Shown piece by piece: positions 1 to 7,992 of a stretch of DNA of 13,620 nt. The notes under the pieces are model-generated. The model was not told where the DNA came from. It saw only the letters and a list, made by a program, of their open reading frames with translations, and ran no database searches. The translations under genes and the position numbers were made by a program. The stretch is from a virus (Duplodnaviria; Heunggongvirae; Uroviricota; Caudoviricetes), in IMG/VR virus record IMGVR_UViG_2565956608_000003; one strand, given 5' to 3'. Position 1 is the first letter of the stretch, and every line of letters starts with the position of its first letter.

Positions 1-1
1 G

Positions 2-403
2 GGGCTGAATCATTACCGTGATAACGCCATAACCTACAAAGAGCAGCGCGATAAAAAAGTCAGTGAGCTGGAGCAGGCAAATGCAACCATTACTGATATG
101 CAGCAGCGCCAGCGTGATGTTGCTGCACTCGATGAAAAATACTCAAGGGAGTTAGCTGATGCGAAAGCTGAAAATGATGCTCTGCGTGATGATATTGCCG
201 CTGGTCGTCGTCGGTTGCGCATCAGAGCAGTCTGTCCAGCCGTGCGTGAAGCCACCGGCACCACCGGCGTGGATGATGCAGCCCGCCCCGGACTTACTGA
301 CGCCGCTCAACGGGATTATTTCACCCTCAGAGAGCGAATCGCAACCAGCGACAGAATGATTCGGGGATTGCAGGAATATATCCGCACCCAGTGCATTAAG
401 TAG
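2..403 (+). CDS. Rz: Rz i-spanin, 5'-truncated by the window edge
   Basis: Frame open from base 2 ([18 protein letters not shown]...), continuous with track ORF 98..403; the translation closely matches my recollection of lambda Rz ([38 protein letters not shown]); stop TAG 401-403. Confidence 0.9.
   Translation, partial: GLNHYRDNAITYKEQRDKKVSELEQANATITDMQQRQRDVAALDEKYSRELADAKAENDALRDDIAAGRRRLRIRAVCPAVREATGTTGVDDAARPGLTDAAQRDYFTLRERIATSDRMIRGLQEYIRTQCIK
159..359 (+). CDS. Rz1: Rz1 o-spanin lipoprotein, embedded in the +1 frame of Rz
   Basis: 66-aa ORF entirely inside Rz in another frame; [20 protein letters not shown] has a signal peptide and lipobox Cys, followed by a Pro-rich tail ([15 protein letters not shown]); closely matches recalled lambda Rz1; SD-like AAGGGAG about 7 nt upstream of ATG 159. 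Confidence 0.85.
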   Translation: MRKLKMMLCVMILPLVVVGCASEQSVQPCVKPPAPPAWMMQPAPDLLTPLNGIISPSESESQPATE

Positions 404-426
404 TCTTTTTATTATCCGGAGGATGT

Positions 427-666
427 ATGAAGAAATTACTGGTAACCGTAAAGCCCTTTAACGGAACAATTCCGTTTCGGATTTTACAGCGTGGTCGTGT
501 TCTGGCTGAAGGTACATTCAGTGGTAAATGCACGGAATGTTATTCACGAATATATGAAGTGGATGCCTCGGATGAAGATATAACCGTTGAGTGTAATGCC
601 GGGATTGTATCGGCCACATTGCTTCATGGGCGAATTGGGTTGTCGCTGGAGGATGCAGGCAAATGA
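427..666 (+). CDS. Hypothetical small protein (79 aa), unknown function
   Basis: Track ORF; GGAGG(A) 418-423 about 4 nt upstream of ATG 427; lies between the lysis cassette and the HNH gene; I recognise no motif. Confidence 0.6.
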   Translation: MKKLLVTVKPFNGTIPFRILQRGRVLAEGTFSGKCTECYSRIYEVDASDEDITVECNAGIVSATLLHGRIGLSLEDAGK

Positions 667-851
667 ATTACCAACTGGCAAAACTTTATCGTGGTAAACA
701 TTTCGTAGGGTATGGGATTGCAGTTAATGGTGAGTTACTGGAAGGGCAGCTTTCCGCCAGGACAGAGTCACGTGGAGGCGAGCCACCAACAGTCACTGTG
801 ACTTTCAGACTGACAGCAGAACATATTGAGAATCAGCCGTCATTCAACTGA
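663..851 (+). CDS. Hypothetical small protein (62 aa), unknown function
   Basis: Track ORF; ATG 663 overlaps the upstream stop as ATGA (664-666), suggesting translational coupling; GGAGG at 648-652; I recognise no motif. Confidence 0.55.
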   Translation: MNYQLAKLYRGKHFVGYGIAVNGELLEGQLSARTESRGGEPPTVTVTFRLTAEHIENQPSFN

Positions 852-869
852 ACAGGGTGTGAGGTATTT

Positions 870-1220
870 ATGCCATCACGAATCCCACGCGCCTGCCGTA
901 AGCGTGGATGTGCAGGTACAACCACAGACAGTTCTGGTTACTGCGATAAACATCGTGGCGAAGGATGGGTACAGCATCAACGCGGACTGAGCCGCCACCA
1001 GCGTGGCTATGGCTCGAAATGGGATGCCATACGTGCGCGCATACTGAAGCGTGATAATCATCTGTGTCAGAACTGCCTGCGCAATGGGAGAGCCGTTGAA
1101 GCCAGAACTGTGGACCACATCATTCCGAAAGCTCATGGTGGCACGGATGCAGACAGTAACCTGCAGAGTCTGTGCTGGCCCTGTCATAAAGCAAAAACAG
1201 CGCGTGAACGCATCAACTGA
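870..1220 (+). CDS. HNH endonuclease (packaging-associated, HK97 gp74-like)
   Basis: HNH signature DHIIPKAHGG...SNLQSLCWPCH with Cys pairs CQNC and CWPC (zinc-finger type), plus an N-terminal Cys cluster; sits directly upstream of the small terminase gene, as in HK97-like phages; GAGG 861-864 before ATG 870. Confidence 0.9.
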   Translation: MPSRIPRACRKRGCAGTTTDSSGYCDKHRGEGWVQHQRGLSRHQRGYGSKWDAIRARILKRDNHLCQNCLRNGRAVEARTVDHIIPKAHGGTDADSNLQSLCWPCHKAKTARERIN

Positions 1221-1367
1221 TAACAGTTCCTATCTGCAGGGGAGGGGCGGGTCAAATCTCTGCAACCCTGGCTGCTCAGTACCGCCGCCTGACCTTTCCT
1301 CGCATCGCCGCAGGTTCGAAAACTTTTTTTTGGAATGTGATTAAATGATTGATAGGTAAAACCGATT
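1221..1367 (+). other. Candidate cos / terminase-recognition region (HNH-to-TerS intergenic)
   Basis: 147-bp non-coding gap in an otherwise tightly packed operon; G-rich tract GGGGAGGGGCGGG (1239-1251), CGCCGC twice (1283-1288, 1306-1311), T8 run (1324-1331). Position matches where cos lies in HK97-like genomes. Exact cut site not determinable by eye. Confidence 0.35.
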
Positions 1368-1850
1368 ATGTCTGGACCCCCGAAAACCCCGCCACGCCTG
1401 CATTTGATACGAGGCAACCCCTCAAAGCGGCCAGTTAAAGACCTCAAAAAAACCGCTAAAAAGGATGAAAAAGGTCTCCCTAAAATTCCGCAACATTTAG
1501 GGGCGCAGGGGAAGTACTGGTTCAGGCGAATGGCGGAAGAGCTGAATGCGGAAGGGATCATTTCTCAGCTTGATGCGCGTGCGCTTGAGCTACTGGTGGA
1601 AGCCTATACCGAATACCGGCATCACTGCGAAACACTCGATGTTGAGGGGTACACCTACCGCTCGGAAACGCAGAACGGTGATGTGCTGATTAAGGCACAC
1701 CCAGCTGCTGCGATGAAAGCGGATGCCTGGAAGCGGATCCGGGCGATGCTTGCAGAATTTGGTATGTCACCGGCAAGCCGGGCAAAAGTAAATACCGCCG
1801 GACCGGATAATGTTGATCCGCTGGCAGAGCTTTTAAAAGCGAGAGACTGA
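1368..1850 (+). CDS. Terminase small subunit (P27-like family)
   Basis: 160-aa ORF immediately upstream of and overlapping (TGATG) the large terminase gene; basic N-terminus (PKTPPRLHLIRGNPSKRP) and overall look recall the P27-family small terminase. Confidence 0.8.
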   Translation: MSGPPKTPPRLHLIRGNPSKRPVKDLKKTAKKDEKGLPKIPQHLGAQGKYWFRRMAEELNAEGIISQLDARALELLVEAYTEYRHHCETLDVEGYTYRSETQNGDVLIKAHPAAAMKADAWKRIRAMLAEFGMSPASRAKVNTAGPDNVDPLAELLKARD

Positions 1851-3607
1851 TGGCAAAAGTGGCTGACGGGATCCGCTACGCCGAACGTGTTGTTGCAGGA
1901 GAAATTGTTGCTGGCGAATTTGTCCGCCTGGCCTGCCAGCGTTTTCTTGATGATCTGAAGTACGGCGAAAAGCGGGGGATTTATTTCAGTGAACCCCGTG
2001 CGCAGCACATCCTGAATTTCTACAAATTTGTGCCTCATGTAAAAGGGGCACTGGCAGGCCAGCCCATTGAGTTGATGGACTGGCATGTATTTATCCTCAT
2101 TAATATTTTTGGTTTTGTCATTCCGCTGGTCAATGAAGAAACCGGGGAAGTTGTCATGCGCAGCGATGGCAGCGGACGTCCGGTGATGGTGCGCCGGTTC
2201 CGGACGGCGTACAACGAAGTCGCCCGTAAAAACGCAAAATCAACCCTGTCATCGGGTATCGGCCTGTATATGACGGGGGCAGATAGTGAAGGCGGAGCTG
2301 AGGTGTATTCAGCCGCAACCACGCGTGACCAGGCCAGAATCGTGTTTGAAGACGCCAAAAATATGGTCAGAAAAGCCCGGTCGACACTCGGGCGGTTGTT
2401 TGATTTCAACAAGCTGGCGATTTACCAGGAGCAGAGCGCATCAAAATTTGAACCGCTTTCCTCGGATGCAAACAACCTGGACGGTCTGAACATCCACTGC
2501 GCCATTATTGATGAGCTGCATGCACATAAAACCCGCGACGTGTGGGACGTTCTGGAGACGGCAACCGGTGCCCGTCTGCAGTCTCTGTTATTTGGCATCA
2601 CCACGGCTGGCTTTAACAAGGAAGGGATTTGTTACGAGCAGCGTGATTACGCCATCAAGGTATTGCGAGGCTATAACAGCGACGTGGAGGGCGCGGTAAA
2701 AGACGACTCCTACTTTGCGATCATTTACACGCTCGATGAGGGAGATGATCCGTTTGATGAAACGGTCTGGCAGAAAGCGAATCCTGGCCTGGGCATCTGT
2801 AAACGCTGGGATGATCTGCGTCGTCTGGCGAAAAAAGCGAAGGAGCAGGTCTCTGCGCGGGTGAATTTTTTTACCAAACACATGAATGTGTGGGTCACTG
2901 CCGAATCTGCCTGGATGGATATGATTAAGTGGGAGAAGTGCGAATACATTGCTCCACAACATGAGCTGAAAACATATCCCATGTGGGTCGGCGTCGACCT
3001 TGCTCATAAGATTGATATCTGTGCGGCGGCAAAACTCTGGCGAACCGATAACGGACATGTTCATGCTGATTTTAAATTCTGGCTTCCGGAAGGACGGCTG
3101 GAACGATGCTCGCGGCAGCAGGCAGAACTTTACCGGAAGTGGGCGGAGATGGATAAGCTCATCCTGACGGATGGTGATGTTATCGATCATGCTCAGATAA
3201 AAAGTGACTTACTGGAATGGATTGGCGGTGAAAACCTCAGGGAACTGGGATTTGACCCGTGGAGCGCAATGCAGTTCAGCCTGGCACTGGCTGAAGAAGG
3301 GATACCGCTGGTGGAGGTTCCGCAGACGGTCCGCAATCTGTCAGAGGCCATGAAGGAAACGGAATCACTGGTTTATGCCGGGCGTTTCCATCACAGCAAT
3401 CATCCGGTCATGAACTGGATGATGTCTAACGTTACTGTAAAACCGGACAAAAACGACAACATCTTCCCGAATAAATCCACGCCGGAAGCCAAAATCGACG
3501 GCCCTGTTGCGCTTTTTACAGCCATGAGCCGCTTTCTGGTAAATGGCGGGGGCGTGAATGACTTTCTGTCCACGCTTGATCCTGATGAGGACTTGTTAAT
3601 TCTGTGA
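1850..3607 (+). CDS. Terminase large subunit
   Basis: 585-aa ORF; Walker B-like HCAIIDELH; possible deviant Walker A around ARKNAKST; C-terminal nuclease-like region (WVGVDLAHKIDICAAA); position between small terminase and portal. Confidence 0.9.
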   Translation: MAKVADGIRYAERVVAGEIVAGEFVRLACQRFLDDLKYGEKRGIYFSEPRAQHILNFYKFVPHVKGALAGQPIELMDWHVFILINIFGFVIPLVNEETGEVVMRSDGSGRPVMVRRFRTAYNEVARKNAKSTLSSGIGLYMTGADSEGGAEVYSAATTRDQARIVFEDAKNMVRKARSTLGRLFDFNKLAIYQEQSASKFEPLSSDANNLDGLNIHCAIIDELHAHKTRDVWDVLETATGARLQSLLFGITTAGFNKEGICYEQRDYAIKVLRGYNSDVEGAVKDDSYFAIIYTLDEGDDPFDETVWQKANPGLGICKRWDDLRRLAKKAKEQVSARVNFFTKHMNVWVTAESAWMDMIKWEKCEYIAPQHELKTYPMWVGVDLAHKIDICAAAKLWRTDNGHVHADFKFWLPEGRLERCSRQQAELYRKWAEMDKLILTDGDVIDHAQIKSDLLEWIGGENLRELGFDPWSAMQFSLALAEEGIPLVEVPQTVRNLSEAMKETESLVYAGRFHHSNHPVMNWMMSNVTVKPDKNDNIFPNKSTPEAKIDGPVALFTAMSRFLVNGGGVNDFLSTLDPDEDLLIL

Positions 3608-3624
3608 AACAGCTTATTACTGAT

Positions 3625-3765
3625 ATGACCGGGCTGATCGGTTTCGGTTTGCTCACTGCTGGCGTTTATCTGTATGCAGGTCTGCCAGCGTCTCTGATGC
3701 TGTCGGGCTGTTTGTTGCTGCTTTATGCACTGGTGGTGTCCATGAGGAGAAAACATGCTTCTTGA
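3625..3765 (+). CDS. Putative small hydrophobic protein (46 aa from ATG 3625; in-frame GTG 3604 would give 53 aa), not in the supplied ORF track
   Basis: My translation: MTGLIGFGLLTAGVYLYAGLPASLMLSGCLLLLYALVVSMRRKHAS, two hydrophobic stretches and a basic C-terminus; fills the otherwise empty TerL-portal gap and overlaps the portal start by 11 nt; no strong SD seen. Confidence 0.35.
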   Translation: MTGLIGFGLLTAGVYLYAGLPASLMLSGCLLLLYALVVSMRRKHAS

Positions 3766-4981
3766 TGCTCTGTTTCGCAGTGAGCCTCTGGAAAATCCCT
3801 CGGTTCCGGTAACCGGAGAGGCCGCTGAGACGGATAATATTTTTGCCCGGGATGTGTATGTCAGTCCGGAAACATCCATGAAGCTGGCTGCTGTCTATGC
3901 CTGTATTTATGTTATTTCATCCAGTGTGGCTCAGATGCCCCTGCATGTGATGCGAAAAACGAATGAGCATGTTCAGCCGGCACGCGATCACCCGTTGTTC
4001 TGGCTCGTTCATGATGAACCTAATGCCTGGCAGACCAGCTATAAGTGGCGGGAACTGAAGCAGCGTCATGTGCTGGGGTGGGGCAATGGTTATACGTGGG
4101 TAAAACGTAATCGTCGTGGCGAGGTTACCAGTCTTGAATGCTGTATGCCATGGGAAACCACGTTACTTAACACCGGAGGGCGTCATACCTACGGTGTGTA
4201 TAACGAAGAGGGTGCATTTGCGGTAAGTCCGGACGACATGATCCATATCAGGGCGCTGGGAAACAATCAGAAAATGGGACTGAGTCCGATCATGCAGCAT
4301 GCTGAAACCATTGGTATGGGAATGAGTGGTCAGCAGTATACCAGTGCTTTTTTTAACGGTAATGCCCGTCCTGCCGGGATTATTTCTGTGAAAAATGAAC
4401 TGAACGAACAGAGTTGGAGCAGGCTCAAGAATATGTGGCAGCGGGCGGTGACAGCGCTTCGCAGTCAGGAAAATAAAACCATGCTGCTGCCTGCGCAACT
4501 GGATTACCGCGCTCTGACAGTTTCTCCGGTGGATGCTCAGATCATTGATATGACCAAGCTGAACCGGTCGATGATTGCCGGGATTTTTAATGTCCCGGCG
4601 CACATGATTAATGACCTGGAAAAAGCCACATTTTCGAATATTACGCAGCAGGCGATTCAGTTTGTTCGCTACACGATGATGCCCTGGGTTGCGAACTGGG
4701 AGCAGGAGCTTAACCGTCGCCTGTTTACCCGTACAGAACGGGCTGCCGGGTATTACGTTCGTTTCAACCTCACGGGGTTGCTCCGTGGGACCCCACAGGA
4801 GCGTGCGCAGTTCTATCACTTTGCCATTACAGATGGCTGGATGAGCCGGAATGAAGCCAGGGCATTTGAGGATATGAACCCGGTTGACGGTCTGGATGAA
4901 ATGCTGGTCAGCGTAAATGCAGCAAATCCGTTGAATAACTTTAAAGATACGAAAGGCAAAGAGGAAAAGAACGATGAATGA
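3755..4981 (+). CDS. Portal protein (HK97-like family)
   Basis: 408-aa ORF after the large terminase; strong SD GAGGAG 3744-3749 five nt before ATG; size and synteny (portal-protease-capsid) typical of HK97-type head modules. Confidence 0.9.
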   Translation: MLLDALFRSEPLENPSVPVTGEAAETDNIFARDVYVSPETSMKLAAVYACIYVISSSVAQMPLHVMRKTNEHVQPARDHPLFWLVHDEPNAWQTSYKWRELKQRHVLGWGNGYTWVKRNRRGEVTSLECCMPWETTLLNTGGRHTYGVYNEEGAFAVSPDDMIHIRALGNNQKMGLSPIMQHAETIGMGMSGQQYTSAFFNGNARPAGIISVKNELNEQSWSRLKNMWQRAVTALRSQENKTMLLPAQLDYRALTVSPVDAQIIDMTKLNRSMIAGIFNVPAHMINDLEKATFSNITQQAIQFVRYTMMPWVANWEQELNRRLFTRTERAAGYYVRFNLTGLLRGTPQERAQFYHFAITDGWMSRNEARAFEDMNPVDGLDEMLVSVNAANPLNNFKDTKGKEEKNDE

Positions 4982-5573
4982 CCGTGAAACGCGCTGTTAC
5001 AGCGGGGAGGTGCGGGCGGAACAATATGATAATGCCCCGACCCACATTCTGGGCTATGGCTCGGTATTTAACAGTCGTTCAGAACCTCTGTGGGGATTTC
5101 GTGAAATCATCAAGCCGGGGGCTTTTGATGATGTACTGAATGATGATGTACGTGGCTTGTTTAATCATGATCCTAATTTCATTCTCGGACGAAGTTCTGC
5201 CGGCACGTTGTCATTGTCGGTGGATGAACGCGGTTTACGTTATGACATTGTTGCACCGGATACTCCGACTATTTGTGACCTGGTGCTGTCTCCAATGTTG
5301 CGTGGTGACATTAATCAGTCCTCGTTCGCGTTTCGTGTCGCCCGTGACGGAGAGAGCTGGTATGAAGACGACGAGGGGATTGTTATCCGGGAAATCACGC
5401 GCATTTCTCGTCTGTATGACGTCAGCCCGGTGACATATCCGGCCTATCAGGACGCAGACTCTGGTGTCCGCTCAATGAAAGCCTGGCAGGAAGCGCGGGC
5501 GAGTGGTGCGCTGAAGAAAGCTGTTAACGAACGAATGGCGCGTGAGCGTCTTTTGACCCTTCTTAATGCATAA
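4974..5573 (+). CDS. Prohead maturation protease (HK97 family)
   Basis: 199-aa ORF overlapping the portal stop by 8 nt (ATGAATGA); sits between portal and major capsid; GAGGA 4961-4965 upstream. Confidence 0.85.
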   Translation: MNDRETRCYSGEVRAEQYDNAPTHILGYGSVFNSRSEPLWGFREIIKPGAFDDVLNDDVRGLFNHDPNFILGRSSAGTLSLSVDERGLRYDIVAPDTPTICDLVLSPMLRGDINQSSFAFRVARDGESWYEDDEGIVIREITRISRLYDVSPVTYPAYQDADSGVRSMKAWQEARASGALKKAVNERMARERLLTLLNA

Positions 5574-5587
5574 GGATACTACTGACG

Positions 5588-6805
5588 ATGAAACTTCATG
5601 AGATGAAGCAAAAACGAAACACCATTGCAAAGGATATGCGTGCACTGCATGAAAAAATTGGTGATAACGCATGGACTGATGAGCAACGGGCAGAGTGGAA
5701 CAGGGCGAAAGCTGAGCTGGATGCGCTGGATGAGCAAATCGCCCGTGAAGAAGAGTTGCGCCGTCAGGATCAGGCATATGTGGATGAGTCCGGGCCGGAA
5801 GAGCGCCAGAATAATGAGGCGGAGAACGGGAAAAAGGCGGTGGAAGAGAAGCGCGCTGCGGCATTTAACCGTTTTCTGCGTGCCGGATTTGCAGAACTGA
5901 ATGCTGAAGAGCGTAATCTGATGCGTGAACTGCGGGCTCAGAGTGTAACAACGGATTCTCAGGGCGGATATACGGTGCCCACGCAGATGCGTAACAAAAT
6001 CATTGACACCATGAAGGCTTATGGCGGGATTGCCAGTGTGGCGCAACTTCTGACCACATCAACCGGGCAGGATATCACCTGGTCAACGTCTGATGGCACG
6101 ACTGAAGAGGGCGAACTGCTGGCGGAAAATACAGCCGCAACGGAACAGGATGTGACGTTCGGGACCGCTATTCTGGGGGCTAAAAAGCTGTCATCAAAAA
6201 TAATTCGTGTGTCCAATGAGCTGCTCCAGGACAGTGGGGTGGATATTGAATCTTATCTGGCAAACCGTATTGCCCAGCGTATTGGTCGTGGAGAGGCAAA
6301 ATATCTGGTTCAGGGGACCGGAACGGGATCACCGTTACAGCCAAAAGGGCTGGCAGCGTCGGTGACGGGAACCATCCAGACTGCAGCCTCTGCCGCTTTC
6401 ACCTGGAAAGAAATGAATGCCCTGAAACATGCCATTGATCCGGCATATCGTGGTGGGCCGAAATACCGCTGGGCATTCAATGATGCCACATTGCAGACTA
6501 TTGAAGAGATGGAGGATGGACAGAAACGCCCGTTATGGCTGCCGGATATTGCAGGCGGTACGCCGGCTACTGTGCTGGGGATCCCTTATGTTATTGATCA
6601 GGCTATTGACGGGATTGGTACCGGAAAAAAATTCATTTTCCTGGGGGATTTCAACCGCTTTATCATTCGCCGCGTTACTTATATGGAACTGAAACGTCTG
6701 GTTGAGCGTTATGCTGAGTTTGATCAGGTGGCATTTCTGGCTTTCCATCGTTTTGACTGTGTGCTGGAAGATGTGGCAGCCATCAAGGCGCTCACTGGCA
6801 AATAA
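5588..6805 (+). CDS. Major capsid protein (HK97 fold) with N-terminal scaffolding delta domain
   Basis: 405-aa ORF; the N-terminal ~100 aa are charged and coiled-coil-like (ELDALDEQIAREEELRRQDQ...), typical of a delta domain, followed by a capsid-like body; directly follows the protease. Confidence 0.9.
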   Translation: MKLHEMKQKRNTIAKDMRALHEKIGDNAWTDEQRAEWNRAKAELDALDEQIAREEELRRQDQAYVDESGPEERQNNEAENGKKAVEEKRAAAFNRFLRAGFAELNAEERNLMRELRAQSVTTDSQGGYTVPTQMRNKIIDTMKAYGGIASVAQLLTTSTGQDITWSTSDGTTEEGELLAENTAATEQDVTFGTAILGAKKLSSKIIRVSNELLQDSGVDIESYLANRIAQRIGRGEAKYLVQGTGTGSPLQPKGLAASVTGTIQTAASAAFTWKEMNALKHAIDPAYRGGPKYRWAFNDATLQTIEEMEDGQKRPLWLPDIAGGTPATVLGIPYVIDQAIDGIGTGKKFIFLGDFNRFIIRRVTYMELKRLVERYAEFDQVAFLAFHRFDCVLEDVAAIKALTGK

Positions 6806-6826
6806 CCACTCGTTGTTCAGTTACAG

Positions 6827-6848
6827 ACCGCGCCGACGCGGTTTTTTT
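6827..6848 (+). terminator. Rho-independent terminator-like hairpin after the capsid gene
   Basis: aCCGCG-ccga-CGCGGt stem-loop followed by T7 (6842-6848), 22 nt after the capsid stop. Confidence 0.55.
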
Positions 6849-6881
6849 ATGCCCGCACAGTGTTGCGGGCAGGAGTTTCTG

Positions 6882-7199
6882 ATGGCAGCAATAGTGGAAA
6901 AACTCAGGGCGCAGTGCCGTATTGATACAGATGATGCAACTGATGATGAGTTACTGATGCTGTATTTCCGGGCTGCCTGCCGCAAGGCAGAAAATTTTAT
7001 CAACCGTAAGCTTTATGAGGAGACGGTGCCAGAAGGTGATCCTGAAGGGGTGCTTATAGCTGATGATGTTTTGCTGGCGCTCATGTTGCTGGTCGGGCAC
7101 TGGTACGAAAACCGGGAAAATTCCTCAGATGTCAGCAAGGCACCAGTCCCGTTTGGTTTTTCTTCTCTTCTGGAGCCTTATCGTTTTATTCCTTTGTAG
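6882..7199 (+). CDS. Head-tail connector protein (HK97 gp6-like)
   Basis: Track ORF 6702..7199 begins inside the capsid gene and spans the terminator; the realistic start is ATG 6882 with AGGAG 6871-6875 six nt upstream; ~105 aa, first gene after the capsid as in HK97-type modules. Confidence 0.7.
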   Translation: MAAIVEKLRAQCRIDTDDATDDELLMLYFRAACRKAENFINRKLYEETVPEGDPEGVLIADDVLLALMLLVGHWYENRENSSDVSKAPVPFGFSSLLEPYRFIPL

Positions 7200-7207
7200 G
7201 AGGAGAC

Positions 7208-7546
7208 ATGCAGGCGGGCAGATTACGTGATCGCGTAATTATTCTGAATGTCACCACCGCCCGCTCTCCGTCAGGGCATCCGGTGGAGACGGTGACGGAG
7301 GGAGCTACCGTATGGGCAGAAGTTAAGGGTATCAGCGGGAGGGAGATAATCTCAGGCGGAGCAGAAACCGCTCAGGCTACGGTCAGAGTCTGGATGAGAT
7401 TCCGGCGCGATGTGACAGCGACTTCACGTCTGAAAGTGCTGACCGGTGCATTCAAAGGCGCGATTCTGGGTATAGAAGGTCCACCAATACCGGATGCACG
7501 CGCTACCCGGCTTGAAATGCTCTGCAGCCTGAAGGGAAATGTGTGA
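7208..7546 (+). CDS. Head-tail adaptor / head closure protein
   Basis: 112-aa ORF; AGGAGG immediately upstream of ATG 7208; assignment from size and synteny. Confidence 0.7.
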   Translation: MQAGRLRDRVIILNVTTARSPSGHPVETVTEGATVWAEVKGISGREIISGGAETAQATVRVWMRFRRDVTATSRLKVLTGAFKGAILGIEGPPIPDARATRLEMLCSLKGNV

Positions 7547-7992
7547 TGGATTTCAGTCTTGATTTTTCCGGCCTGGCGGATATTGCACGGGATTTGGAGG
7601 CGCTCAGCAGGGCAGAAAACAATAAGGTTCTGCGCGATGCCACCCGTGCCGGTGCTGAAGTTATGCGGGATGCAGTTGTTGAACGTGCGCCGGAGCGAAC
7701 CGGGAAACTGAAGAAAAATGTGGTTGTTCTCACTCAGCGTTCAAAGCGTCGGGGGGAAATTATCTCGGGTGTCCACATTCGCGGACGGAACCTGCGAACC
7801 GGAAACAGTGATAACAGCATGAAAGCCAGCGATCCCCGAAATGCATTTTACTGGCGCTTTGTGGAGCTGGGAACGATAAACATGCCCGCGCATCCATTCA
7901 TTCGTCCGGCTTTCGATACGACAGAGGAGCTGGCGGCGCAGGTTGCCATACAGCGAATGAATCAGGCTATTGATGAGGTCTTAAGTAAATGA
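7546..7992 (+). CDS. Tail component, HK97 gp10-like
   Basis: Track ORF starts at GTG 7543; ATG 7546 overlaps the upstream stop (TGATG); ~148 aa; assignment from size and synteny. Confidence 0.7.
   Translation: MDFSLDFSGLADIARDLEALSRAENNKVLRDATRAGAEVMRDAVVERAPERTGKLKKNVVVLTQRSKRRGEIISGVHIRGRNLRTGNSDNSMKASDPRNAFYWRFVELGTINMPAHPFIRPAFDTTEELAAQVAIQRMNQAIDEVLSK

Noticed and set aside
34-264. Minus-strand ORF (76 aa) overlapping Rz/Rz1
   Set aside because: Antisense to two well-supported overlapping genes; Arg/Ser-rich low-complexity translation typical of a spurious antisense frame.
1051-1344. Plus-strand ORF (97 aa) overlapping the HNH 3' end and the intergenic region
   Set aside because: Alternative frame of the HNH gene that runs into the G-rich non-coding region; low-complexity translation, no start signal.
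1184-1561. Minus-strand ORF (125 aa) across the HNH-TerS gap and the TerS 5' end
   Set aside because: Overlaps the confidently called small terminase on the opposite strand; no SD seen; composition looks like antisense noise.
2588-3190. Minus-strand ORF (200 aa) inside the large terminase gene
   Set aside because: Fully antisense to the terminase gene, which has recognisable motifs; long antisense ORFs are common by chance inside real genes.
4163-4819. Minus-strand ORF (218 aa) inside the portal gene
   Set aside because: Fully antisense to the portal gene; no independent support.
5579-6046. Minus-strand ORF (155 aa) inside the major capsid gene
   Set aside because: Antisense to the capsid gene; no independent support.
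6702-6881. N-terminal extension of the connector ORF as given in the track (start 6702)
   Set aside because: The extension lies inside the capsid gene in another frame and reads through the terminator hairpin; ATG 6882 with AGGAG upstream is the realistic start.
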